A stretch of DNA of 64,000 nt from Fibrobacteria bacterium (lineage in GTDB: Bacteria > Fibrobacterota > Fibrobacteria > UBA11236 > JADFYW01): positions 13,462 to 77,461 of the forward strand of contig JBNKOC010000022.1 in NCBI GenBank assembly GCA_050294405.1, read 5' to 3'. Numbering within the stretch: the stretch's first letter is position 1; every line of letters starts with the position of its first letter. The translations under genes and the position numbers were made by a program. Positions 1 through 9,759 of this stretch are shown in pieces. Under the pieces are notes generated by a model. The model was not told the DNA's origin. It ran no database searches and saw nothing but the letters and a program-made list of their open reading frames with translations.

Positions 1-2
1 TA

Positions 3-146
3 TTGCCTAAAAAGCTCGATGAGAAAGTAGCTCGTTTACATCTGGAAAAATTGGGAGTAAAACTCACTGTTCTTTCCAAAGAGCAATCGGATTATTTAGG
101 CGTACCTGTGGAAGGCCCATACAAGCCCGACCACTATCGCTATTAA
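3..146 (+). CDS. ahcY: Adenosylhomocysteinase, C-terminal fragment (partial at window edge)
   Basis: Manual translation [47 protein letters not shown] matches the characteristic AhcY C-terminus. Confidence 0.95.
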   Translation: MPKKLDEKVARLHLEKLGVKLTVLSKEQSDYLGVPVEGPYKPDHYRY

Positions 147-165
147 ACTAATTCGAAGCAATTTT

Positions 166-197
166 AAAAGGCGGGATTCAGGTCCCGCCTTTTTTTT
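166..197. terminator. Bidirectional rho-independent terminator
   Basis: AAAAGGCGGGA-ttcagg-TCCCGCCTTTTTTTT hairpin between convergent genes. Confidence 0.9.
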
Positions 198-200
198 GTT

Positions 201-845
201 TTAAAATTTGAATCCAAAATTAAGACCCGGCGCAAAAAGGTAATTGGGGTAATCTTCTTCTAGTTCTAAAAAGCTCTTCGGTATATTAATATTTAAAGGC
301 CAATAGTTAAACTCCAGTGAGGGCTCCAGAAAAAAGTAGTTTTCAAATAATTCAAAGGAAAAGTGGTATCCGGGCCTAAGTTGAATCCAGGGTTGAAAAC
401 CGTAGGTAATTACATTGCCCCTTGAGTTGCGATATTGGGTAATCATTGGAGTCAGGTGGCTGGTAAAATAGGCGCCTTTCCATATAAACCGCTGGTAAGC
501 CAGACTAAACCCAAAAGAAAAAACCGAACCAGGAAATTTAGGCCCATTTAGCTCAGTATTTCCCATAGGAGCATCGTAATGCCAAAAAACGAGCTCGGTA
601 ATAAGCACATCTTTTTTACTAATGTGACATCCAAAGTCCAGTTGCCCATAATAAACAGGCGGACTGGGAAAAAGATTTATCAAAATTCCAGCTGAGCTGC
701 CTATGAAATATTTTTTTCCATTAGATTCAGAAGACGCAGAATTTGAGTGACTTTTGGGGTTTGAGCTGGCCAAGGACAATTGAGCCAAACAGGCCAAAAA
801 AATCAAAACTCTGCCGACAAACAGTTTCCTATTTCTTTTTTTCAT
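201..845 (-). CDS. Hypothetical exported protein, probable outer-membrane beta-barrel
   Basis: Signal peptide, aromatic-rich amphipathic strands, C-terminal Phe (GLNFGFKF). Confidence 0.55.
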   Translation of the reverse strand: MKKRNRKLFVGRVLIFLACLAQLSLASSNPKSHSNSASSESNGKKYFIGSSAGILINLFPSPPVYYGQLDFGCHISKKDVLITELVFWHYDAPMGNTELNGPKFPGSVFSFGFSLAYQRFIWKGAYFTSHLTPMITQYRNSRGNVITYGFQPWIQLRPGYHFSFELFENYFFLEPSLEFNYWPLNINIPKSFLELEEDYPNYLFAPGLNFGFKF

Positions 846-933
846 ATCCTGCTACTTTTTTTAAAGATTTAGCCAGACCCTTTTAAAAATAGCAATTTTA
901 GGAGACATTCCCAGCTAAACGCAACCCTGAAAA

Positions 934-3900
934 TTGGCTACTAATTTAAGGGGAATAGGGGGAATTTTGTCTTTAAAAACCGCTGCTTTTTTAAAAAAAA
1001 TAAAAGGTTTAACCGGCCTGGTTTGCCTGCTTAGTGGAATATCTTTATTGCACAGTCAACCCGAACCCCTACCCTACGGGTTAATTGCCAATCCACTTCC
1101 AGATACTTTAGACCAGCTTGTTAGGGATTCCTTAAACATTAACATTGGCAACGTAAGAGTTAACCAGGCCGGATACCGCCCCCAGGATAATAAATGGATA
1201 TATTATGTTGGTAATGCTACCAGTTTTACGGTAATTAATGAACAAGGCGTTTCGGTGGGTCAGGGCAGCCTTAGCTCCCTGGGAGAAACAGTTTCCAGTT
1301 CCCTTTCCATCCGCGGCTCTAATAACGCCACCCGTGAACACAATGGCGATGAACGTTATACTTTAGCCAGCCCCGTTTTTTCCGGAACGCTTCACGAAGG
1401 CAAACTTCCCGATGGTTTGGCAGAAGGAACTTACCGGGTAGTAGTGAATGCGGATACATCGCAACCTTTTGCTATACATCCTAAAATATACGGAATGTTA
1501 AAGGATGCTCTTTTAAAATTTTATGGAATTCAAAGGTCTGGAGATAGTGAATCTTGGTTTCACCCTCCAAGCCATTTGCAAGATGGCCTTCCCGGTGGCT
1601 GGTACGATTGCGGAGATCATTTAAAAGAGGGAATCACCCAAAGTTATGCGGCTGCCATGCTTGGCCTGGCTGCTGCCGTTTACCCCAACCGGGACACGGA
1701 CCATTACCGGGCTAACCACTCCCAAACTGTTTCTCCCGACGGCATTCCCGACATATTATACGAATTGAGGCATATCACCCAATATGTGTTAACCAGCTAT
1801 GATTTGGCTTCTGGAAATATCGCCCAAATGATTACATCCGTAGGTGATATGCAAGATCATATGTGGTGGGGTTCGCCCGAATACCAGGAAGCCCAGACAC
1901 CCGAAAGAGGAGGGCCTCCCCGCCCCTTGCGCCAGGAGAACTCCAGCCCTCAATTTGCCAGATTCGCGGCAGCCTTAGCCTCATTTTCAGTGGGTTACCG
2001 TCTTTACGACTCACAAATGGCCGATAAAGCCATCCAGGTTGCCAGGGAACTTTATGCCCATGCCGCAGCTATTTATGTGTCTGTCAACAGTCCTGCCTAT
2101 TCTGGAGATAACACCATATACGATGATATGGCCTTAGCAGCTGTAATGCTGGCCTGGGCCACAAAAGAAACGCAATTTATTCAGGATGCTTTATATGATG
2201 TAAGCATTGGCCAAACTGCTGCTCCAACACTTGCCAGTTTTCCCAAAGGACTTTTTGCAGCAGGCTGGTTTGCCAAGGAAAATGGCTCCCTATTTCATGG
2301 CGGAGGCAACAATACCTCCTATGGCAGCGTCCAAACCCCAACTTTGTGGGCGTTATACAAACTTATATTAAGAGATGCGGCCACAGCCCAAAGTTTTGGG
2401 ATTAATTCCGATGACAGAATAAACCTGATTGAAGATGTGGTTTACAGTTTAATAAAAAACATTTCAGATATAAGCCAGGGCACTGCTACCATTGATTTAC
2501 CTGACCCAAGTAACGGCGATGGAAAGGTTGGTTATAATCCTTTATGGAAAGATATGTTTATTATCCAGGAATGGGTGTGGAACCGGTACCAGGCCGGAAA
2601 TATGATGGATTTATTTTTTTATTCCGATGTAGCAGCTGAAATTGAAGGGATGGAACTTCCCAACTCCCCAGCCAGCACAGATTGGAAATCTGCTGAAGTT
2701 AAGGAGCTATTAGTTAGGCAAATGGACTATATGTTAGGCGTCAATCCCTGGGATATAAGTATGGTTTTCGGTGTGGGAGAAAAAAACTTTAACCACCCCC
2801 ACCATCGGGCGGCCAATCCTGAGGGCAAAAACGTTCCCGGCGGATTTTACAAATACCGCCCGCCAGTTGGCGCACTCCAGGGAAGCCTTCCTCCAGTTAA
2901 CCCATCGGCGTACGCGGAATCCTGGGGGGATTATTTCCATTCGGAAGTATGTTTAGATGGAACCACAAATTTGTTTTTGCCTACCATTGGCCTTGCAGAA
3001 GATGAAAACCTGAGCAGGGCCCCCGAAGTTATTGTTGAAATAAAATATGTGGGGTATAATGAAGCCTACCTCCAACTGCGCCAAAATATGTTTGGAACAT
3101 CCACCCTGTATTACGGCGTTAGCGCGGATATAAACAGCCTTAGCTCCGTTGTAATTACAAACCCAGGAGTTCGCCACGAAATTCATTTAACTGATTTGCA
3201 ACCAGGAACGAGCTATTATTTTTATGTGGTTTCCACAAATAGCCGCAGTGGTGAGCAAACCCAGGAAGACAATAATGGGGAACTTTATAATTTTACCACG
3301 CTTTTAACCCCTCCGGATTCCGCTGATATCCAAAATGTAACTGTCTGCAACATCACCCATAATTCCGCAGAAATTGTCTGGTATACCCCAAACGGACACT
3401 ACGATTCCAAAGTCAAATGGGATCTTAACCAAACTCCCTATGTGATTATGCAAAATCAAAAATTGGGGGATGACTCTGGTATCCCCACTAAGTTCCACAA
3501 AGTAACCATAGAGGGGCTGCAAGAGCAAACCACTTATTATTACGGAGTAGAATCAGCCGGGAAAATTGTCACCACCGATGCCAATGGCCAGCCCCTAAAA
3601 TTCACAACTCCTGTGGAACATGTGAATTTTGACTTGCGAACGGTAACCTACGGGCCTACTAATAACTTCTTCGGGATTATTATGACCAATCAGGACCCAA
3701 AAACATATGACTCGCTGGAACTTCGCATATACATAACAGGGACCGAAGAGGAAATGCGAATCGACAAGGACCCCAACAGCCCTGTGGATCCTCCTCTGGA
3801 TGTTTATGAGTTGATGGCACGCCTTGATATTGGTATCAAGTATAATCCCGCCGGGTTTCAGGATGAACATTTTAAAGGAATTGTCGAAGAGGCCCTAAAA

Positions 3901-6885
3901 ACATCGGGACTCATTAAAATTGAGGACTCCTACAACCCCGCCACGGGAGAATGGGATTGGTATTTCCCCATTTCCCTGGGCAGTGCCGAAATGGAAAGCG
4001 GAAGCCGATTCAGGTTGGATTTAACCTGGGTAAAGCGCTCCCCGTTTTTCCCTTACGAAGACTATTACATAGAAGACCCCAAACATATACCAGGAGTGGA
4101 TGAAGGGGACTGGAGTTTTCGTCCTCATTCCAGGGCAGCTGGGGACCCGGCGGATTTCGGTGGAGTTAAAAAAGGTTCCAAGGACGAAGATTTGGATGGG
4201 AATTTCTGGAATCTGGAAATAAACAGATACATATCCGTTTACCGCAAAGGGGAGTTTGTATGGGGATACTCCCCATCGGCCAAAGAGCAAAGTACAAAAA
4301 GGGCCCATTATGAAATTAACATGGAGCTTTACGCCCCCTTTGACGTGCCCAATGGCTCCCATATTGATCTGGCTGGCCCTAGCGATTTTGTCTATGTAAG
4401 CGGTTGGGCCCATATTACAGAGGCTGGTTATGTTACCGATATTTGGGCCAATGGGAATCGGGTCCCTGTTACCGAACAAACGGCAAAATACGATTTGGCC
4501 ACAGACAGATGGTTGTTAAATATCCCTGTGTCTTTAGCCACAGGGGGCAATAATGTGGATGTCACCATTTTTGCCGGACCCGACCCGGAATGTGCAGTCT
4601 GTAAACAAAACGGTGGCTGCGCATTTGTGAACCGTTCTTTCTTTCTGGAATACAGTATTGCCGGTAGATATTTAAGCCAGATAAAGCTATTGCAAAATGG
4701 GAGTAATGTAGCGGCCCCATTTGAAACCTCCGCCGGACAACAATACAGCCTGGAGCTTAAAGACAGTGTTTCCGCAGAAACAAATACGGCCCAGGTTGAT
4801 GTTTATTCCTCCACAAGAGGTTTGTTAGGCACATTGTCTTTAACCAAATCGGCAGAGCAAACTTTCCAAAGTTCCGATTTCACTATATCCGATAATATAA
4901 ATGCAAATAACTCTACCCAGTTCTATATGGAAGACGGGGATAGCCTATGGTTTATTTATGTGGATCCAACAGATCCTGGAGATAGTTCCCGAGCCTTTTT
5001 ACAAATACCCGCCAATTTTCCCCAGGCGCAGTACGGCTACCTTCAGGATATAAACGAAGATGGATTAATAGAAACCATCCAAATATTTTATGATAGGGAT
5101 ATAAGCATTCCCATCGACAGCATAAACCTTCCAGCCAGCCGGGTCCTAAAGCCGGGCAATGGAGACATTTTTAGCAGCTCTGCAAATGTTCTCAGTATAA
5201 CCCTGGCCACTGCCATGGGGGCTCCTTCATCGGCAGCCGGAGAGAGTTATTTGACCCTCGCTGATAAAATCAAAAAATCCAATTTTAATTTTGCACCTAT
5301 TATTAAATCCGCGCGTATAGGCCTTAACATCGACCCTTCCATGGGGGATACTTTGGAAGTGGCTATCCTGGGCGATTTGGGTCTAGTGAGCTTGCCTCAA
5401 TTCTTGTTCCGAAACCAAAATGGAGATATAAATACAGTTGCCGCCAATTTGTTAACCAGCAACTCAAACTATATATACTTACTTCTTCCTCCCGGAATAG
5501 CTGCTAACATTGAAGCGGGAGATTGGATTAAAATCTCCGGTGGAATCAGCAACAGCGGTGGGCTTGCCACAGAGGCGAACAATCCATGGGCAAAGGTATC
5601 CGGAATACCCAGAATTCCTTTAGCGAAACTGGACAGCGGTTATTACGCAGATGCGGATGGAAACGGCCAAATTGATAGGATGGTCTTTTATTTTGATTCG
5701 CCCATAGATGTTTCCCGGCTCGATTTATTAATTAATTGGGAAAGCGAAGGCATTCGATTCAACATAAATCGGTTCACTTATATAGACAGCAGCACTTTGG
5801 AGGCGGATTTACAACAGGTTGATAATGTAACTTTGCCTTTTTCCACCGGGGGAAGTATTACGGCAGAAGATAGTTATGGACAGATTGAGTTAATGGACAG
5901 AGCTGGAATAAGCCTTTTATCGGCGATATTAACATCTCCATCAGAAAAAATGTTTATCCGGGAAGGAGATGTTAATGAATCTATTCAATTTTTACCGGAC
6001 ACTCTTTATTTAAATTTATCTGAGGCTATTGATATATCCAGCCTGACAACCTTAAGCTTATGGCAGGGATTTTTTCTTTTCCAGGAGGGTTGCCTCAGCG
6101 AAAATCCGGATATCCCATTAGCGCTGTCCAATATTCCCAGAGTCAGCCCTAAAAATCCAAAAGTTATTAAAGTTCCCGTTGTGGAAGGAGAAAACGGCAG
6201 CAAAATAAAATCAGGAGACTGCGTAGGCCTTTTTCCCAATGCTTCCATCAAAGATTTTGCGGAAAATGCCAACAGCCCTCACAAAGTCGGGGTCACAGGC
6301 GGCAGTTCTGTCACTGCTAATTTTGATTCTAAAATTGTTGTGAACATTTTAGATGGCAACATCAATACCTCAAATGGTTATTCCCTGCCGGGAAAAAGTT
6401 CTGTTCCGGTATTAAACGACAGCAATCAGGTTGTGGGCCATAAAAGTTTTGGCCAGCTCAATTATTGGTTTTCTCCCATAGGCATGGATGTATATGGAAA
6501 TGTTCCTTCACAAAAAGAAAATGGCTGTTTAGCTTCCGGGAAAATTCAAGCTAAAGAGCCTTTTAACCCTCAATGTTATTCAACCATTGCTATTTTATCC
6601 GAAGGCGCCTACTCCGCGGAAATGGTTATTTATGATCATTTGGGAAAATGGATTCGGCAAGACAGGCAGGATTTTGGATTTTGCGGAGAGTTATTAAATG
6701 AAGAACGAAAAGATTTTGGCCGTCCTCTAAGTTTTTTAGTGTGGAATCAAAAAGATGAAGAGGGGCATCTGGTGGGAAGTGGCGTTTATCTAATAAAAGT
6801 TAAATACACTTTCCCCAACGGAAACCAGCTCACCGAAGTGTACCGACAGGGAATCGCCAAAAAACCCGGTTTAGGTTGCCCTTAA
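934..6885 (+). CDS. Giant secreted GH9 glycoside hydrolase (cellulase family) with Ig/Fn3-like modules and a C-terminal FlgD/sorting-like domain
   Basis: VRVNQAGY (CelD-N Ig), GGWYDCGDH, HPHHR and SEVCLD GH9 motifs; two Fn3-like repeats (LTDLQPGTSYYF, IEGLQEQTTYYY); C-terminal IYDHLG...WNQKD..G..VGSGVY. Start may be the TTG at 967. Confidence 0.88.
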   Translation: MATNLRGIGGILSLKTAAFLKKIKGLTGLVCLLSGISLLHSQPEPLPYGLIANPLPDTLDQLVRDSLNINIGNVRVNQAGYRPQDNKWIYYVGNATSFTVINEQGVSVGQGSLSSLGETVSSSLSIRGSNNATREHNGDERYTLASPVFSGTLHEGKLPDGLAEGTYRVVVNADTSQPFAIHPKIYGMLKDALLKFYGIQRSGDSESWFHPPSHLQDGLPGGWYDCGDHLKEGITQSYAAAMLGLAAAVYPNRDTDHYRANHSQTVSPDGIPDILYELRHITQYVLTSYDLASGNIAQMITSVGDMQDHMWWGSPEYQEAQTPERGGPPRPLRQENSSPQFARFAAALASFSVGYRLYDSQMADKAIQVARELYAHAAAIYVSVNSPAYSGDNTIYDDMALAAVMLAWATKETQFIQDALYDVSIGQTAAPTLASFPKGLFAAGWFAKENGSLFHGGGNNTSYGSVQTPTLWALYKLILRDAATAQSFGINSDDRINLIEDVVYSLIKNISDISQGTATIDLPDPSNGDGKVGYNPLWKDMFIIQEWVWNRYQAGNMMDLFFYSDVAAEIEGMELPNSPASTDWKSAEVKELLVRQMDYMLGVNPWDISMVFGVGEKNFNHPHHRAANPEGKNVPGGFYKYRPPVGALQGSLPPVNPSAYAESWGDYFHSEVCLDGTTNLFLPTIGLAEDENLSRAPEVIVEIKYVGYNEAYLQLRQNMFGTSTLYYGVSADINSLSSVVITNPGVRHEIHLTDLQPGTSYYFYVVSTNSRSGEQTQEDNNGELYNFTTLLTPPDSADIQNVTVCNITHNSAEIVWYTPNGHYDSKVKWDLNQTPYVIMQNQKLGDDSGIPTKFHKVTIEGLQEQTTYYYGVESAGKIVTTDANGQPLKFTTPVEHVNFDLRTVTYGPTNNFFGIIMTNQDPKTYDSLELRIYITGTEEEMRIDKDPNSPVDPPLDVYELMARLDIGIKYNPAGFQDEHFKGIVEEALKTSGLIKIEDSYNPATGEWDWYFPISLGSAEMESGSRFRLDLTWVKRSPFFPYEDYYIEDPKHIPGVDEGDWSFRPHSRAAGDPADFGGVKKGSKDEDLDGNFWNLEINRYISVYRKGEFVWGYSPSAKEQSTKRAHYEINMELYAPFDVPNGSHIDLAGPSDFVYVSGWAHITEAGYVTDIWANGNRVPVTEQTAKYDLATDRWLLNIPVSLATGGNNVDVTIFAGPDPECAVCKQNGGCAFVNRSFFLEYSIAGRYLSQIKLLQNGSNVAAPFETSAGQQYSLELKDSVSAETNTAQVDVYSSTRGLLGTLSLTKSAEQTFQSSDFTISDNINANNSTQFYMEDGDSLWFIYVDPTDPGDSSRAFLQIPANFPQAQYGYLQDINEDGLIETIQIFYDRDISIPIDSINLPASRVLKPGNGDIFSSSANVLSITLATAMGAPSSAAGESYLTLADKIKKSNFNFAPIIKSARIGLNIDPSMGDTLEVAILGDLGLVSLPQFLFRNQNGDINTVAANLLTSNSNYIYLLLPPGIAANIEAGDWIKISGGISNSGGLATEANNPWAKVSGIPRIPLAKLDSGYYADADGNGQIDRMVFYFDSPIDVSRLDLLINWESEGIRFNINRFTYIDSSTLEADLQQVDNVTLPFSTGGSITAEDSYGQIELMDRAGISLLSAILTSPSEKMFIREGDVNESIQFLPDTLYLNLSEAIDISSLTTLSLWQGFFLFQEGCLSENPDIPLALSNIPRVSPKNPKVIKVPVVEGENGSKIKSGDCVGLFPNASIKDFAENANSPHKVGVTGGSSVTANFDSKIVVNILDGNINTSNGYSLPGKSSVPVLNDSNQVVGHKSFGQLNYWFSPIGMDVYGNVPSQKENGCLASGKIQAKEPFNPQCYSTIAILSEGAYSAEMVIYDHLGKWIRQDRQDFGFCGELLNEERKDFGRPLSFLVWNQKDEEGHLVGSGVYLIKVKYTFPNGNQLTEVYRQGIAKKPGLGCP

Positions 6886-6905
6886 TTAAAACAAGTTTTT
6901 ACAGC

Positions 6906-7556
6906 TTACTCTTCTTCGCCGTGGATTTCTTCTCCAAGGCCTCCTTCTCCATCCGACTCTAAAACCGCTTCTTCTTCGGGGGGAGCCAATTCATCCTGGA
7001 CCGACTCCTCACTGGATTCAGATTCCAAAATTTCTTTTAATTTATCTAGTCCGGCTTGCAAGTCGGAACCAATCATTTCTTCCATATCCATAAACAAAAA
7101 CATCAAGTTAAAAGGATAATCAATATGACCGCTAAAACCCCATTTAACCAATGTTTTATTTTCCTCTAATTTTTCTGTGGACATGTATGCAGGTTCCACT
7201 GCCTGCATCGGCGCAAAAAAGCGCAATTCGTAGTCCACCCGTTCGTTAGCCGTAACCCTTATAATTTCCTGTTCGCCTTTACCAACTTCCTTAACATCAG
7301 AATCCCAGGCAGAAACAAAACCTGGCTGGCCATCAGTACCCCTATATTCTTTTTTCATGTTCGGGTCGCGGTTGGCCCAAACGGAGTAATTATTCTGATT
7401 TTTTAAATATTTAATGTATCCAAACACATCTTCCAGAGGCTTTTCAATTTCCACTTGCCGCTCTACGGCGTAGTTTTTTTCCACAAAGGCTGCAATAATT
7501 AATATCGCTCCTAAAAAAAGGATTAAAATGAGGGCTAATCTTTTGGCAATTTTCAT
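6906..7556 (-). CDS. SRPBCC/polyketide-cyclase family protein with acidic tail
   Basis: N-terminal TM, VERQVEIEKP...W...DP...GKGEQEI pattern, C-terminal GLDKLKEILE helix. Confidence 0.8.
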   Translation of the reverse strand: MKIAKRLALILILFLGAILIIAAFVEKNYAVERQVEIEKPLEDVFGYIKYLKNQNNYSVWANRDPNMKKEYRGTDGQPGFVSAWDSDVKEVGKGEQEIIRVTANERVDYELRFFAPMQAVEPAYMSTEKLEENKTLVKWGFSGHIDYPFNLMFLFMDMEEMIGSDLQAGLDKLKEILESESSEESVQDELAPPEEEAVLESDGEGGLGEEIHGEEE

Positions 7557-7633
7557 AAAAATTCTCTCAGGTTAAAGCTTATGGCTAATTTAAAAACTTT
7601 TAGCTCTCTGAGGATAAAATTAATGGGCCAGGG

Positions 7634-9628
7634 CTATACAGCCCGAACGGAGTCATTGCGCATGATAAAGGATTTCGGCCCTTCCATGTCTTTATCCACC
7701 GTAAAAAAATTATCACCAATTTTTATGGTGACTCCGGCATATATTTTACGTTTTATTAAAATCCGCGATTTTTCAATTTGCGAAAGTTTTTCCAAAATCA
7801 GATTTTTTCTCTCCTCCAAAGCCTGGAGCTGATTTTTCACCTTGGATTGCATTTCCGATAATTTTTTCAATAATAACATTTCTTTTTGAGGCAGACTTTT
7901 TTTAACAGCCTGAATGCGAACCAACTTGGCCAAGTGCGTGTCTATTTTTAATTTCGACGAACCCAGCTCCCTGATTTTTTCTTCTGTATTAAATTTTTCT
8001 TCAACTAAGGCATAATCCAATCCCACTTCCAATTGGGTTTTGGTGCCCGACTCGTTTCCTGCAGATTCACATATAATTTCCCTGCGAGCGGTGGCAATGC
8101 CCCCCACAATGCCCAGTTTTTTACCCAATACCTCAATGGAATGCCGGGCGTATAACTTGCAGTTAATAGCTTCACCTATAATGTTTATGGATTTGCGACA
8201 ACGCACCAGTTGATTACGGGCAAAGCCCAATCCCACTTCGCCTTTGGCTTCAATGGAACCTTCGCCATTGCCTAAGAACCCCGCTTTAATCAACACATTC
8301 CCGCCTACCGCAATTTTGGAATCTTCCACAATTCCCATCACTTCCAAATCGCCGCCTACTTCGACCTGGAAACCGGATTTAATATCTCCCTGGACCAAAA
8401 CGGTTTTGGGATAACGGATGTTTCCTGTGCTGAAATCCACATCGTTGTTCACAATATAACATTCTGTTACTTCAATTAAATTTTGGTTTATTCTGGCATT
8501 CCCAGAAACAGAAGCAACCAGTATATCCGGGTCATCCTTACTGGCTTCAGTGTTTTTTCCAAAAGGCAGTTTTCTATCTTTCCCATCGGGAGCAGGAAGA
8601 GCCATGCCCAGTAAGTTCACTCCGGGAGTTCCCCTGGTAGGAGGAATATATTTGGCCAGCGGTTCAAATGGCTCCACAGATTTAATAAGACTCACATTTT
8701 TAAAATCAACGGAGCCATCTTCCTTTTGTTCTGGTTTTAATGAGGGGTTAAAATCAATCAGATATTCAATTTGCGCATCTTCTCCAGGCTTGGGAGCTTT
8801 GCCCCTGGCCACAACTGCCTCGGTGGGCTTTCCCGTTTGTTTAGCCTCTGTAATAAAACTGGAAATCTGGTCTGTTAATATTCCTGTTTTAACCATGTTG
8901 GATTTCAAAGCTTCCATTACCATTCCAGCGGTAAGCGGAGAGGAGTCTTTTGCTTCAGGATATAAAACGGCGCTGGCCACCATGTTAGTGGGGTCCAGTT
9001 TTAAATCCACATATCCATCAAAGATAACAGGAATAACATCCAGTTTGTTTCCTATATAACATGCTATGCCTGTCTGTTTAGCCAGGTATTGTTTTTTGTT
9101 TAAATCAAAAGCTACGCCATCTCCGGTGTTGATGGATTCTCCATCCGCCACCCTTCCCTGAAGTTCCTCCCCAAAAATTGATGTGCCGGGAATCAAATCA
9201 TTTTCAGTGGTTCTTTGCAACAACACAGAGTTGCTTTCCACTTTGTCCACCTTGCAAAGAGGCATAATAGCGCTAATGTGTTTAACTTTAAGCTGGAAAA
9301 TCTGGGTTAAAATATCTTTATCCGTAACGCCCTTAACCAGCAATTCCATCCCACCGCCCCCGGCAGTTTCCGGTGGAATGCCCTCTGCAACCAATTCATT
9401 TACAATATTTTTTTTAGAGCCATTCCACTGGCGGACTATTTTTTCCAGTTGCTCGTCATGGACTCCGAAAACAATTCCCTGGCGTTTCAGGTTTTCTTTT
9501 AAATAGTCAATGTTTAGATCCGCATCCCCGGAGCCTGAGGCTATAATATTGATAAAACCCTTAAGTCGGTCACCGGATACGGTAACATCCATGTAGGGGT
9601 ACTTAACCGTGGGGGTACCCAAAACCAT
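7634..9628 (-). CDS. fapA: FapA (DUF342) flagellar assembly protein A family
   Basis: VDFKN..IKSV, DVDFSTGNI, beta-helix region, IVGG and C-terminal coiled coil typical of DUF342; duplicated N-terminal module. Confidence 0.85.
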   Translation of the reverse strand: MVLGTPTVKYPYMDVTVSGDRLKGFINIIASGSGDADLNIDYLKENLKRQGIVFGVHDEQLEKIVRQWNGSKKNIVNELVAEGIPPETAGGGGMELLVKGVTDKDILTQIFQLKVKHISAIMPLCKVDKVESNSVLLQRTTENDLIPGTSIFGEELQGRVADGESINTGDGVAFDLNKKQYLAKQTGIACYIGNKLDVIPVIFDGYVDLKLDPTNMVASAVLYPEAKDSSPLTAGMVMEALKSNMVKTGILTDQISSFITEAKQTGKPTEAVVARGKAPKPGEDAQIEYLIDFNPSLKPEQKEDGSVDFKNVSLIKSVEPFEPLAKYIPPTRGTPGVNLLGMALPAPDGKDRKLPFGKNTEASKDDPDILVASVSGNARINQNLIEVTECYIVNNDVDFSTGNIRYPKTVLVQGDIKSGFQVEVGGDLEVMGIVEDSKIAVGGNVLIKAGFLGNGEGSIEAKGEVGLGFARNQLVRCRKSINIIGEAINCKLYARHSIEVLGKKLGIVGGIATARREIICESAGNESGTKTQLEVGLDYALVEEKFNTEEKIRELGSSKLKIDTHLAKLVRIQAVKKSLPQKEMLLLKKLSEMQSKVKNQLQALEERKNLILEKLSQIEKSRILIKRKIYAGVTIKIGDNFFTVDKDMEGPKSFIMRNDSVRAV

Positions 9629-9759
9629 CTCCTTGGCGGTCTAGCGCTGTAAAGTCGAAAATTTCAGAAATTTTAAGCTCCAATTGCAAAATTTTGATTC
9701 ATGATTCCAAATGATTGGCCAAAAAGCAATTATTTTTCAAATTTTACCAGTTCTAAAAA

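Noticed and set aside
9630..9700. Possible sigma28 promoter upstream of fapA
   Set aside because: TAAA and a CGA-containing element are present, but spacing and the -10 match are poor.
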